A DNA stretch of 34,807 nucleotides, taken from assembly GCA_030630585.1 (NCBI GenBank), contig DAOVMU010000001.1, forward strand, positions 1 to 34,807. The letters run 5' to 3'. The notes under the pieces are model-generated. The model was not told where the DNA came from. It saw nothing but the letters and a program-made list of their open reading frames with translations, and ran no database searches. This stretch comes from Candidatus Bathyarchaeota archaeon. Lineage in GTDB: Archaea; Thermoproteota; Bathyarchaeia; Bathyarchaeales; Bathycorpusculaceae. Each line of letters starts with the position of its first letter. The stretch's first letter is position 1. Below are positions 7,297 through 15,521 of the stretch, one piece after another. The position numbers and the translations under genes were made by a program.

Positions 7297-8358
7297 TCAA
7301 TCAATTGTCTGAACTGAAGACGCTTTAAAGGCCACGAAAACTTTAGAGGAAAGGTTCAGGTGCATCTCTATGAAAGAGCGTTTGGTTATTTGAACTACAA
7401 ACTGTTTTCCAGCCCTTATTCTAAGCCTTACTGTTGGTCCTAAGTCTAGGATTTCAGCTATTTCTCCTTCAAAAACGTTTCTTGCACTTGAAACAATTTT
7501 GGTTTTCGACAGAATAATATCTTCAGGTCTTACGAAAACAGAGATTTTCCCAGACCTTCTTGTTGCAGCCTCGATCTGCATATGATCTCCAACGTTGATT
7601 ATGGATGTTCCATCTTTTGTAACGTGCGAAATTCCTGAAAAAATGTTTTCGACTCTCGCAAAATCCGCTAATTTCTTGGAATCATCAAGTATTTCACGGG
7701 TTTTTCCGACATCAACCAGTTTTCCGTTGTTGATTAGAGCAACTTTTTCAGAAAGAGCTTTCACTTGAAAAAGGTTATGTGTTGCCAACACTATAGTTGT
7801 GTTTGTATCTTGTGCTATTTGAGATATGGCTGCTTCAATTATTGACCCGCTTCTTTGATCCAAGTTTGCTGTGGGCTCGTCTAATAACAGAAGTTCTGTT
7901 CCGAGTGCCAGGGCTCTTGCAAGGGAAACTCTTTGCTGTTCTCCTCCAGATAATTTCTTTGCAGGACGTTTTCCATAACCTTCAAGTCTTACCAGCCTTA
8001 GAACATTTCTAACTCGCTCATTTGCCTCCTTATTTGAAAGTCCTCTAAGCTTCAGTCCATACGCAATGTTCTTGTAGACTGTTGCATTGAACAATGCAGT
8101 TTTTTGAAAAACCATTGTGGTTTTTAACCTAAGCTTAGCCATGATTCCCTCCTTAACCAATTCTTTATTAAGGTACACTTTTCCCTTTGTGGGCTTTTCG
8201 ATGCAAGCCAAAATTTTTAACAGCGTGGTCTTTCCCGACCCATTTGGTCCTATTAAGGTAAATACTTCTCCCTTAGGAATTTCCAACGATACACCATGGA
8301 GAGCAGTTATTTCTCCATACATTTTGGTAACATTGTCTAATTCGGCCATCACGCTCAT
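7297..8358 (-). CDS. tupC: ABC transporter ATP-binding subunit with C-terminal TOBE-like domain (tungstate/molybdate type)
   Basis: Walker A GPNGSGKTT, signature LSGGEQQRV, Walker B LLLDEP and the H-loop (ATHN) are all present. The C-terminal roughly 110 aa form a beta-rich TOBE-like tail. The start overlaps the tupB stop as ATGA (8355-8358). Confidence 0.8.
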   Translation of the reverse strand: MSVMAELDNVTKMYGEITALHGVSLEIPKGEVFTLIGPNGSGKTTLLKILACIEKPTKGKVYLNKELVKEGIMAKLRLKTTMVFQKTALFNATVYKNIAYGLKLRGLSNKEANERVRNVLRLVRLEGYGKRPAKKLSGGEQQRVSLARALALGTELLLLDEPTANLDQRSGSIIEAAISQIAQDTNTTIVLATHNLFQVKALSEKVALINNGKLVDVGKTREILDDSKKLADFARVENIFSGISHVTKDGTSIINVGDHMQIEAATRRSGKISVFVRPEDIILSKTKIVSSARNVFEGEIAEILDLGPTVRLRIRAGKQFVVQITKRSFIEMHLNLSSKVFVAFKASSVQTID

Positions 8359-9140
8359 CGGAATCGCCTCTGCAACAGGTTCGTAAGGAGACTTATCGTC
8401 AATACAATGGCTAATAATATTGTGGCTAATGCTATGCTTAAGGAGATTTCTCCACGACCAGTTTCCATAGCGATTGCAGTCGTCAAAACTCTGGTGCTTC
8501 CACGAACATTGTGACCAATCATAAAGGCGACGCCTAACTCAGCAATTGCCCTGTTAAAGCTTCCCATGACAGCCAACGCAACGCTAGAGGTTGATTCCTT
8601 CAAAACGGCAAAGGCAGCTTCAACTTCTGAAGCCCCCAAAGTTTTAGCCAAGTCTTTAATTTCAGGTTCAACAGCTTCAACAGCGCTTACTGTAAAGCTT
8701 ATCATTATAGGCGTTATGAGAATCGCTTGCCCCAGAGCGACACCTAAGGGATTAATAAAGAGGTCTAAGAATCCAAGAGGGCCAGAGCTGGAGAGCAGAA
8801 GATACAATATTAAGCCTAATGCGACAGTGGGCATTCCAAGCAGTGCATTAAATATGCTTTTGACAAAATCTTTCCCAACGAAACTTCCGAGACCAATGAT
8901 CAGTCCAGTTGGGACACTCCAGATAATCGCCAACGCTGTCGCTGTTCCTGACACGTAGATTGATCGCAGTGTTACTTCCATGATTTCAGGATCCGCTGAA
9001 ACAATTAATGTAATTGCTCCTTTCAGGCCTTCATAAAATTCTTCAACCGAAGCAATAACCAAAACTATTGCTACAATCACAAAAAAAGAAATCAGAAGAG
9101 GAATCGGTTTCAACTCGTTTCTCAGTCTCATATAGCTCAC
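8355..9140 (-). CDS. tupB: ABC transporter permease (tungstate uptake type)
   Basis: A multi-span hydrophobic 261-aa protein with an EAA-like loop (AKTLGASEVEAAFAVLKES). It sits between the binding-protein and ATPase genes. Confidence 0.75.
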   Translation of the reverse strand: MSYMRLRNELKPIPLLISFFVIVAIVLVIASVEEFYEGLKGAITLIVSADPEIMEVTLRSIYVSGTATALAIIWSVPTGLIIGLGSFVGKDFVKSIFNALLGMPTVALGLILYLLLSSSGPLGFLDLFINPLGVALGQAILITPIMISFTVSAVEAVEPEIKDLAKTLGASEVEAAFAVLKESTSSVALAVMGSFNRAIAELGVAFMIGHNVRGSTRVLTTAIAMETGRGEISLSIALATILLAIVLTISLLTNLLQRRFR

Positions 9141-9165
9141 TTTTCTCCTTTCAAGCTATTTTTGG

Positions 9166-10161
9166 TTAACCGTAAAGCTCTGGATAATCACATCTACATT
9201 TAGGTGGACATTCCGAACCGTTGAAATAAGCATAATCTCTAATCATTTGCGTTGTCGAATTTACATTGTCTCTCAGAAGCTCTACTGCAGGATAAAAAAG
9301 GGCTTGTCCATACGTTGAGAATCCGTAGTTCTGGATTATTTGTTGCCCTTCTCTTGATACTAGGAATTTTGTGAATGTAGTTGCCGCTTCAAAGTTTACA
9401 TTTCGATTCGTCGTTTTATTTGCAGCGATGGCGCTGTAAACATTGATTAATTCAGCTTCTTGGCTGACTAGAATTTTCAAATTGGGCACCGAATTCGACG
9501 TGCCTTCACTGTATGCAAGAAAAGTTCCAATATCAGTTAGAGTGTAAGCTTCCAGCTCGTTAGCGGTAATTAAAGTCTTTCCCATTCCAGAACCTGTTTC
9601 TTTGAACCAACCTTTTTCATCTCTTAGAAGCGTCCAGTTCAAACCAGCAGCAGTCCACAGAGCTTTTTCCTTGCTGTGCGTTCCTGAATTGTCTCCTCTG
9701 GAAATCCATATTGCACTGGACTTTCTTCCTGCAGAAACAATTTTGGACATGACGTCTATCACAGATAAACCTTCGATTTGAGCCGAATCATCATTAGAAC
9801 CAACAATTTGGAAAAAGTTGTACGCTATAATTTTTCTGTTAACGCCATAGTTTTCCTCGAGGAATTTCAGTTCTTGGGAGGGTGAGTGCACAAGCAACAT
9901 ATCCGCATCTCCACACCGTGCATACCGGATGGCTATGCCTGTGCCCACCGAAATGAAGCGTAGGTCAATTAGGTATTTTTCTTCAAAACGCTCTTCAATC
10001 TCGTCTAGTAAACCCGTGTCATATAGACTTGTGGTGGTTGCCACTACTAGTATTTGCTTGTTGGATGCCTGTAGATAATACCACGTTCCTGCAACTGAGG
10101 CTGTTGACACAATTACAGCCGTTATTATCACTATTCCCCACGTTCCGAGTTTTGTCTTCAT
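9166..10161 (-). CDS. tupA: Tungstate-binding ABC substrate-binding protein, TupA type, N-terminal membrane anchor
   Basis: VVATTTSLYDTGLLDEI carries the TTTS motif that I recall as characteristic of TupA-type oxyanion binders. The N-terminal TM segment is GIVIITAVIVSTASVAG. The Cys-rich tail is CPPKCRC. The track starts at 10188; ATG 10161 (MKTKLG) is also possible. Confidence 0.7.
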   Translation of the reverse strand: MKTKLGTWGIVIITAVIVSTASVAGTWYYLQASNKQILVVATTTSLYDTGLLDEIEERFEEKYLIDLRFISVGTGIAIRYARCGDADMLLVHSPSQELKFLEENYGVNRKIIAYNFFQIVGSNDDSAQIEGLSVIDVMSKIVSAGRKSSAIWISRGDNSGTHSKEKALWTAAGLNWTLLRDEKGWFKETGSGMGKTLITANELEAYTLTDIGTFLAYSEGTSNSVPNLKILVSQEAELINVYSAIAANKTTNRNVNFEAATTFTKFLVSREGQQIIQNYGFSTYGQALFYPAVELLRDNVNSTTQMIRDYAYFNGSECPPKCRCDYPELYG

Positions 10162-10188
10162 TTCACCAGCTCCTTCAGCATTATGCAT

Positions 10189-10336
10189 GTGTGTGCATAT
10201 CGCTTTTTTTATTAAGGATCCACCTTATAAACATTGCAAAGCAAAAAATCGCCGATTCGGTTTCCTTTCAAGCGTAACGCTTAACTAATAGGCAACATCG
10301 ATATGAATAGCCGTGCATAACACTGGAGCCAATAGC
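10189..10336. promoter_or_regulatory. Divergent tupA / moaA control region with A/T-rich TATA-like boxes and a short inverted repeat
   Basis: This is the intergenic region between divergently transcribed operons. It contains tttttttattaagg and ccttataaaca boxes, and the inverted repeat AAGCG-TAA-CGCTT at 10270-10282. There is no experimental support. Confidence 0.25.
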
Positions 10337-11329
10337 ATGACCATCAAAACCAAGAAAGACGAAACGCCATCGGTCACATTACATGATAAATTCGGCAGAG
10401 CACTTAACAGCCTAAGAATTTCTGTCACCCAAAGATGCAACCTCCAATGCTTTTACTGTCACAGGGAAGGTGAAGCTGCTTCAAAAAACGAAATGACTAA
10501 GGAAGAAATCGCAAAGATTGCAAGAATGGCATGCGAGTTTGGCATGAAGAAGATAAAGCTAACAGGTGGCGAACCTCTTCTCAGGGAAGATCTTCCAGAC
10601 ATTGTCCGGGAAATCGCTGAATATGCTAACGAAGTTTCCTTGACAACCAACGGTGTGCTGTTAGAAAAATATGCCCAAACGCTTTCCAAAGCAGGGCTTA
10701 AACGGGTGAACGTAAGCCTACCATCACTTAACCCTGAACACTTCCGAAGGATCACGAAAAAAGACTGCGCCCAACAAGTGAAGGACGGCATAAAAGCAGC
10801 TGTGCAAAGTCATCTTCACCCAGTTAAGATCAATATGGTCGTGTTGAAGGGAATCAACGTTGACGAAATCCCGAAGGCTATAGATTTTGCGCAAGAAGTT
10901 GGCGCCATACTTCAACTGATCGAATTTGAACCAATTCAACCTGAAAATTACGTTCACTGGAAAACGTTCCACTATGATCTGGTCTCTACAGAAAACTGGT
11001 TGAAGGAGAAGGCTGTTTCGATTCAAGAGAATCCTCTTCATAAAAGAAGAAGATACATTTTAGAGAAAAACAGTAGTCCAGTGTGTGTAGAGATTGTCCA
11101 ACCCATGCACAATTCCACATTCTGTGAAAACTGCACTCGCCTGCGGGTCACCTCCAACGGCAAATTGAAACCGTGTCTCCTCAGAAAGAACAATCTTGTG
11201 GACATCGTCTCACTTATCAGAAAAGGTGCAAGTCCAGATGAATTAAGAGAAGCTTTTAGAAAGGCAGTCATGCTTAGGGAACCATATTGGAAAAGAAGGA
11301 ATGAAGAACTCCAGTTGGCATTTGCTTAG
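10337..11329 (+). CDS. moaA: GTP 3',8-cyclase MoaA (radical SAM)
   Basis: LRISVTQRCNLQCFYCH carries the CxxxCxxC motif. GGEPLLR and C-terminal Cys residues (CENCTRLRVTSNGKLKPCL) supply the auxiliary cluster. A TGGAG Shine-Dalgarno lies upstream of ATG 10337. Confidence 0.9.
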   Translation: MTIKTKKDETPSVTLHDKFGRALNSLRISVTQRCNLQCFYCHREGEAASKNEMTKEEIAKIARMACEFGMKKIKLTGGEPLLREDLPDIVREIAEYANEVSLTTNGVLLEKYAQTLSKAGLKRVNVSLPSLNPEHFRRITKKDCAQQVKDGIKAAVQSHLHPVKINMVVLKGINVDEIPKAIDFAQEVGAILQLIEFEPIQPENYVHWKTFHYDLVSTENWLKEKAVSIQENPLHKRRRYILEKNSSPVCVEIVQPMHNSTFCENCTRLRVTSNGKLKPCLLRKNNLVDIVSLIRKGASPDELREAFRKAVMLREPYWKRRNEELQLAFA

Positions 11330-11344
11330 GCAGTGGTGATAACA

Positions 11345-11743
11345 ATGTTGAAGATAACGTATGAGGATTTCTCCATAGAGGAAATTATTCAAGAAACCAA
11401 GGCTAAGGAGATCGGTGCCATCGTTTCTTTTATTGGAGTTGTTCGTGGGAAATCTAACAGCAAGGATGTTGACAAGTTCGAAATTAAACCTCCTGAAGAG
11501 ATGGCTCTTCACCAAATGAAAAAAATTCGAGCTGAAACCTTCCAAAAATTCGACGTGAAACGAATATCAATTGTCCAAAGAATTGGTTCGCTTAAGGTTT
11601 CAGAAAACATCCTGCTGATTGTTGTGGGCGCTCCACATCGTGACGAAGCATTCAAAGCATGCAGACATGTTTTAGAACAAATGAAAAAGATGGTGAAACA
11701 CTGGGAAAAAGAAATCTGCATGAGAGAAAAATCAGTGGATTAA
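11345..11743 (+). CDS. moaE: MoaE-like molybdopterin synthase large subunit (divergent paralog 2)
   Basis: GAIVSFIGVVRG, VQRIGSLKVSE, APHRDEAF and HWEKE are collinear with MoaE, but they diverge at positions that are conserved in paralog 1 (HR to QR; PIWKKE to KHWEKE). Confidence 0.65.
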   Translation: MLKITYEDFSIEEIIQETKAKEIGAIVSFIGVVRGKSNSKDVDKFEIKPPEEMALHQMKKIRAETFQKFDVKRISIVQRIGSLKVSENILLIVVGAPHRDEAFKACRHVLEQMKKMVKHWEKEICMREKSVD

Positions 11744-11753
11744 AGGTGAAAAC

Positions 11754-12227
11754 ATGACAAGGAAACATGGGGGATTACGTCAACCTTTGAAAATGGTAGA
11801 TGTATCTAACAAACCTGTAATTAAGAGAACCGCAGAAGCAGAAGGCAAGATTTGGCTGCAACCTGTAACTATTAAGAAATTACGTCGCGGACTCGTTGAG
11901 AAAGGAGATGTTTTCTCAGCAGCAACCATCGCTGGAATACTCGCTGCAAAAAAAACCCCGGAACTTATTCCCTTATGCCACTTAATTCCCTTATCTAAGG
12001 TAGACATACACTTCAGTGTTCACGAAGAATATGTCACTGCGAAATGCACAGCGATAGGAGAATGTAAAACAGGCGTCGAAATGGAAGCGCTCGTAGGTGT
12101 AAGCGCGGCGTTGTTGACCATGTGGGACATGGTAAAATCCTTGGAAAAAGACGATAAAGGACAATACCCCCGCACAAAGATAACCGAAATAAAGGTTCTC
12201 AGTAAGAAGAAGGAGACAACAACGTAA
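11754..12227 (+). CDS. moaC: Cyclic pyranopterin monophosphate synthase MoaC
   Basis: KRTAEAEG, ELIPLCHLIPL, GVEMEALVGVSAALLTMWDMVK match the MoaC signature. An AGGTGA Shine-Dalgarno precedes the ATG. Confidence 0.9.
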   Translation: MTRKHGGLRQPLKMVDVSNKPVIKRTAEAEGKIWLQPVTIKKLRRGLVEKGDVFSAATIAGILAAKKTPELIPLCHLIPLSKVDIHFSVHEEYVTAKCTAIGECKTGVEMEALVGVSAALLTMWDMVKSLEKDDKGQYPRTKITEIKVLSKKKETTT

Positions 12228-12724
12228 TGAGTGAACATGAGCTACACCAATATGTCAAGGCAAACTTTGCAGTTCTAACAATAAGCGACACACGAAACGA
12301 AAAAACTGACGAGTCAGGAAAAATCGCAAAGAGATTAATTGACAGCGAAGGACATCAAGTTCTTGCTTACAGAATCATTAAGAACGATAAGGCTTTGATT
12401 CAAACTAACATGAAGGAGACACTTCAAAATCCCAGAATCAACGTCATTGTCACAATCGGCGGCACTGGCATAAGCAAAAAAGACCTAACCATCGAATCCA
12501 TATCGGAACTATTGGATAAAAAAATCGAAGGCTTCGGAGAACTTTTCAGAAACCTAAGCTACCAAGAAATCGGCGAAGCAGCTATGATTAGCCGGGCAAC
12601 TGCAGGAACCGTCAACGGAAAACTTGTCTTCTGTCTTCCAGGATCCAAAAATGCAGTGAAACTAGCCATAAACAAATTGATACTGCCGGGACTGGGACAC
12701 ATCATCAAGGAGGCTAACCGATGA
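12227..12724 (+). CDS. moaB: MoaB/MogA-family molybdopterin adenylyltransferase
   Basis: FAVLTISDTR..., VIVTIGGTGISKKD, GELFR..., and FCLPGSKNAV are present. The start overlaps the moaC stop (TAATG). Confidence 0.85.
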   Translation: MSEHELHQYVKANFAVLTISDTRNEKTDESGKIAKRLIDSEGHQVLAYRIIKNDKALIQTNMKETLQNPRINVIVTIGGTGISKKDLTIESISELLDKKIEGFGELFRNLSYQEIGEAAMISRATAGTVNGKLVFCLPGSKNAVKLAINKLILPGLGHIIKEANR

Positions 12725-13938
12725 GTAAAATGACTCCGTTCAAGGAACTCGTATCTTATGAAGAAGCTTTGAAACGAATCCACAAATCTATAAAACCCAT
12801 CAATCGAACAGAATCTGTTCCCATAGAAAAAGCTCTTGATAGAGTTCTCGCACAAGAAATCATGGCAAACATGTCTGTGCCACCTTTCCATAGGGCAGCC
12901 ATGGACGGATATGCAGTCAAAGCAGAGGAAACTTTCGGAGCCTCGTCCTTCAAACCAAAAACTCTGAAGCTTACAGAAATTCTGCATGCTGGCGCATCAT
13001 CAAATGAAGTATTAGACAAAGGAGAATGTATTCAAGTTGCAACTGGCAGTCCCGTTCCCAAAGGTGCAGACGCTGTTGTCATGGTTGAATTCACCGAGAG
13101 AAGCGACAATACTGTTAGCATTTTGAAACCAGTATATCCAGGAGCAAACATTTCGCCCAAAGGAGAAGACGTTGAAGAAGGGCAGATTGTCCTTGAAATT
13201 GGAAAACAGCTTTTTCCCGCTAGAATCGGTGTATTAGCTGCTCTGGGACGAGAAGAAGCAACAGTGTACGAGAAACCGCGGATCGCAGTGGTTCCAACGG
13301 GAACTGAGATTCAAGAAGTCGGATCTCCTCTTAAGAAAGGACAGATTTACGATGTAAACTCATACACACTATCCTCCATTATAACTAAAAATGGGGCCAT
13401 TCCAGTAAAATGCAAAGCTGTTCCAGACACAGCTGACGAACTCAGAACAACCGTAAAAAAACTGATTCATCACGATATGATCGTCTTTTCAGGCGGAAGC
13501 TCCGTGGGTGAACAAGACCTCTTAGTACGTGTAGTTCAGGAGTTCGGAACCGTTCTCTTTCACGGTATCCAAGTGAAACCTGGCAAACCAACCTTATTTT
13601 CTCTAATAAGAGGAAAACCTGTCTTTGGAATGCCTGGATACCCAACATCTTGCCTGCTCAACGCTTATCTACTACTCGCTCCCGCCATCCGACAGATGGC
13701 GAGGTTACCGCCAAAAATAGAGAAAACCGTGAAAGTGAAACTTGCCAAAAGAGTTGTATCCTCCACAGGCAGAGCACAGTTTCTAACGGTGAAAATAAGA
13801 GACAATCAAGCTTATCCCGTTTTTAAACAGTCGGGAGCAATAACAAGCATGACAGAAGCTGACGGATACATAATCTTGCCAATTAACATCGATGTTGTCG
13901 AAAAAAACGAAGAAGTAACCGTGTTTTTGCTCGATTAA
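12721..13938 (+). CDS. moeA: Molybdopterin molybdo/tungsto-transferase MoeA
   Basis: PPFHRAAMDGYAV, the central MoCF-biosynthesis domain (VFSGGSSVGEQD) and GMPGYPTSC are present. The start overlaps the moaB stop as ATGA. Confidence 0.9.
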   Translation: MSKMTPFKELVSYEEALKRIHKSIKPINRTESVPIEKALDRVLAQEIMANMSVPPFHRAAMDGYAVKAEETFGASSFKPKTLKLTEILHAGASSNEVLDKGECIQVATGSPVPKGADAVVMVEFTERSDNTVSILKPVYPGANISPKGEDVEEGQIVLEIGKQLFPARIGVLAALGREEATVYEKPRIAVVPTGTEIQEVGSPLKKGQIYDVNSYTLSSIITKNGAIPVKCKAVPDTADELRTTVKKLIHHDMIVFSGGSSVGEQDLLVRVVQEFGTVLFHGIQVKPGKPTLFSLIRGKPVFGMPGYPTSCLLNAYLLLAPAIRQMARLPPKIEKTVKVKLAKRVVSSTGRAQFLTVKIRDNQAYPVFKQSGAITSMTEADGYIILPINIDVVEKNEEVTVFLLD

Positions 13939-13950
13939 TATGCACAGTTT

Positions 13951-14238
13951 CTATTCCGAAACCCGTGCCCTCCAACTCTCCAACCTTTTCTTAACTTCTT
14001 CTTCAAGCCTTTCCTTTGAAATGAGATGCCCCCTAACAACAACATCATCATCTATGACAATGCTTGGAGCACTCATCAGTCGATAAGCTGACCCTTCGCC
14101 TAAGCCTTCCTTCGTCGCCATATTAACAACCCTAAAAGCGACATCGTATTTTCGCGCAACCTCCAAAGCAATCATCTTAGCCACAGAACAAACCGAACAA
14201 GTAGGCAAAGTGAAAACCTTCAACTCCAAACAGTGCAA
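13951..14238 (-). CDS. Small thioredoxin/glutaredoxin-like protein (CxxC)
   Basis: A 95-aa ORF with LPTCSVCSVAK (a CxxC after the first strand) and the SAPSIVIDD strand typical of small archaeal thioredoxin-fold proteins. Confidence 0.6.
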   Translation of the reverse strand: MHCLELKVFTLPTCSVCSVAKMIALEVARKYDVAFRVVNMATKEGLGEGSAYRLMSAPSIVIDDDVVVRGHLISKERLEEEVKKRLESWRARVSE

Positions 14239-14358
14239 TCCCCCTCGAAAACTATTCTTAGAGGGAATAGCTTTTAAAACCTTTCATGAAAAGCTTAACA
14301 TGCGCAAAAACGCTTAAATTGATTCGAAAGAAGCATATTAAATGGGCAGCCTAAAAAC

Positions 14359-14436
14359 GGGCCCGTAGCTCAGCTTGGTTGGAGCGACAGGCTCATAACC
14401 TGTTGGTCGAGAGTTCAAATCCCTCCGGGCCCACCA
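14359..14436 (+). tRNA. tRNA with CAU anticodon (elongator Met or Ile2-type), CCA encoded
   Basis: Sequence GGGCCCGTAGCTCAGCTTGGTTGGAGCGACAGGCTCATAACCTGTTGGTCGAGAGTTCAAATCCCTCCGGGCCCACCA. It folds with a 7-bp acceptor (GGGCCCG/CGGGCCC), a D arm, anticodon stem ACAGG/CCTGT with loop CTCATAA, and T arm GAGAG-TTCAAAT-CCCTC. It is not initiator-like. Confidence 0.9.
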
Positions 14437-14443
14437 TTCACAT

Positions 14444-14923
14444 TCACTTCTCAAGCTTTGCAACCAATTCCGCTGTTCTTCTTCCTAATTCTTTGCAGTG
14501 CTCAAGGTCTCTCTCACTTGGAGAACCCACAGCTGCTGCGCCGTAATGCTTTCCATGTGAGCTGCCTTGAACAATCATGCCGTGGACCAGCATAGAGTGT
14601 AAAATGGACAGCAAAGTTGTTTCGGCACCCGTTGCTGTTCCACCTGAGCTTGTGAAGGCAGCGCCAACTTTTCCTTCAAGTTTCCCATGGATCCTAACTG
14701 ATTCATCGATGAGAACTTTAAGCTTAGCAGACATTTGCCCATAATAAGTTGGTGAACCCATTATTATTCCATCAACACTCGACAAGTCTTCAATGATAGT
14801 TTGGTCCACCTTCTTTACAGTCACCTCAACTCCGCTTACAAGGTTAACCCCTTCAGCAACGGCAAACGCCATCTTCTCTGTGTTTCCTGTTCTAGAATCG
14901 TAAACAACCAAGATTTTTGCCAT
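14444..14923 (-). CDS. Flavodoxin / WrbA-like NAD(P)H:quinone oxidoreductase family protein
   Basis: MAKILVVYDSRTGNTEKMA is the flavodoxin phosphate-binding loop, and IIMGSPTYYGQMSAKLK is also present. The track starts 6 nt upstream at 14929. Confidence 0.75.
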   Translation of the reverse strand: MAKILVVYDSRTGNTEKMAFAVAEGVNLVSGVEVTVKKVDQTIIEDLSSVDGIIMGSPTYYGQMSAKLKVLIDESVRIHGKLEGKVGAAFTSSGGTATGAETTLLSILHSMLVHGMIVQGSSHGKHYGAAAVGSPSERDLEHCKELGRRTAELVAKLEK

Positions 14924-15067
14924 ATTCACACCAACGACAGACTAGAATTTGCCAACTTAATAATTTTGACCTTTCATGTAATATAGAAACGGTTCTGAAA
15001 CAACGGAAGTATGCTATAGAAGATTTCTCCATAAGCTATAAGTGGTTAAAACTGCATTAAGACTTTC

Positions 15068-15141
15068 ATGAGGAGAATGGTAGACGTTGATAAGGGGAGA
15101 AAGGAGAGAAGGGAGAGAAAAACTCCTACCATCCTCCTCAT
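15068..15141. other. Imperfect 16-nt inverted repeat enclosing a polypurine (GA-rich) tract
   Basis: ATGAGGAGAATGGTAG (15068-15083) and CTACCATCCTCCTCAT (15126-15141) pair with one mismatch. The loop contains GGGGAGAAAGGAGAGAAGGGAGAGAAAAA. It lies in a roughly 590 bp stretch with no convincing ORF. Confidence 0.3.
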
Positions 15142-15521
15142 ACATTCCTCATATTGCTTACCTATGTTACATTTAAACTTTTCTTTCGAATTCTGAATTC
15201 AACCCGCCAAAAGACCAGTCACCACCTATTTTCGCTTCAAAACTTTCCCTTGCAAAGACAATTTTGCATTGGTTACAACGGAATTCTTTCATAATTTCAT
15301 AAGCCGACTTTAGATTTGCATGGGCGTGCGCAAAATCGTCAAGCCTATAAATTATTGAGACAGGCTCTTAGTCCGGTGTCCTCTTCTATTACCCGGAAAT
15401 CACCAATTGTCCAAAGTCACACAACTTCCACACCGACGGAGATGTCTCCCCCGCAAACCTCCCCTTTTCTCTAAGATGCGCATGCGCCTAAAACTTTAAG
15501 AACAAACTAGACGATGAATAG

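Noticed and set aside
8566-8958. 130-aa plus-strand ORF
   Set aside because: A shadow ORF antisense to the TupB permease.
12559-13019. 142-aa and 87-aa minus-strand ORFs across the moaB/moeA junction
   Set aside because: They are antisense to two confidently identified Moco genes that are translationally coupled by an ATGA overlap.
14333-14343. ATATTAAAT as the TATA box of the tRNA gene
   Set aside because: It lies only about 20 nt from the mature 5' end, too close for a typical archaeal TATA-to-start spacing. Another A/T box at about 14311-14321 is equally plausible, so no promoter call was made.
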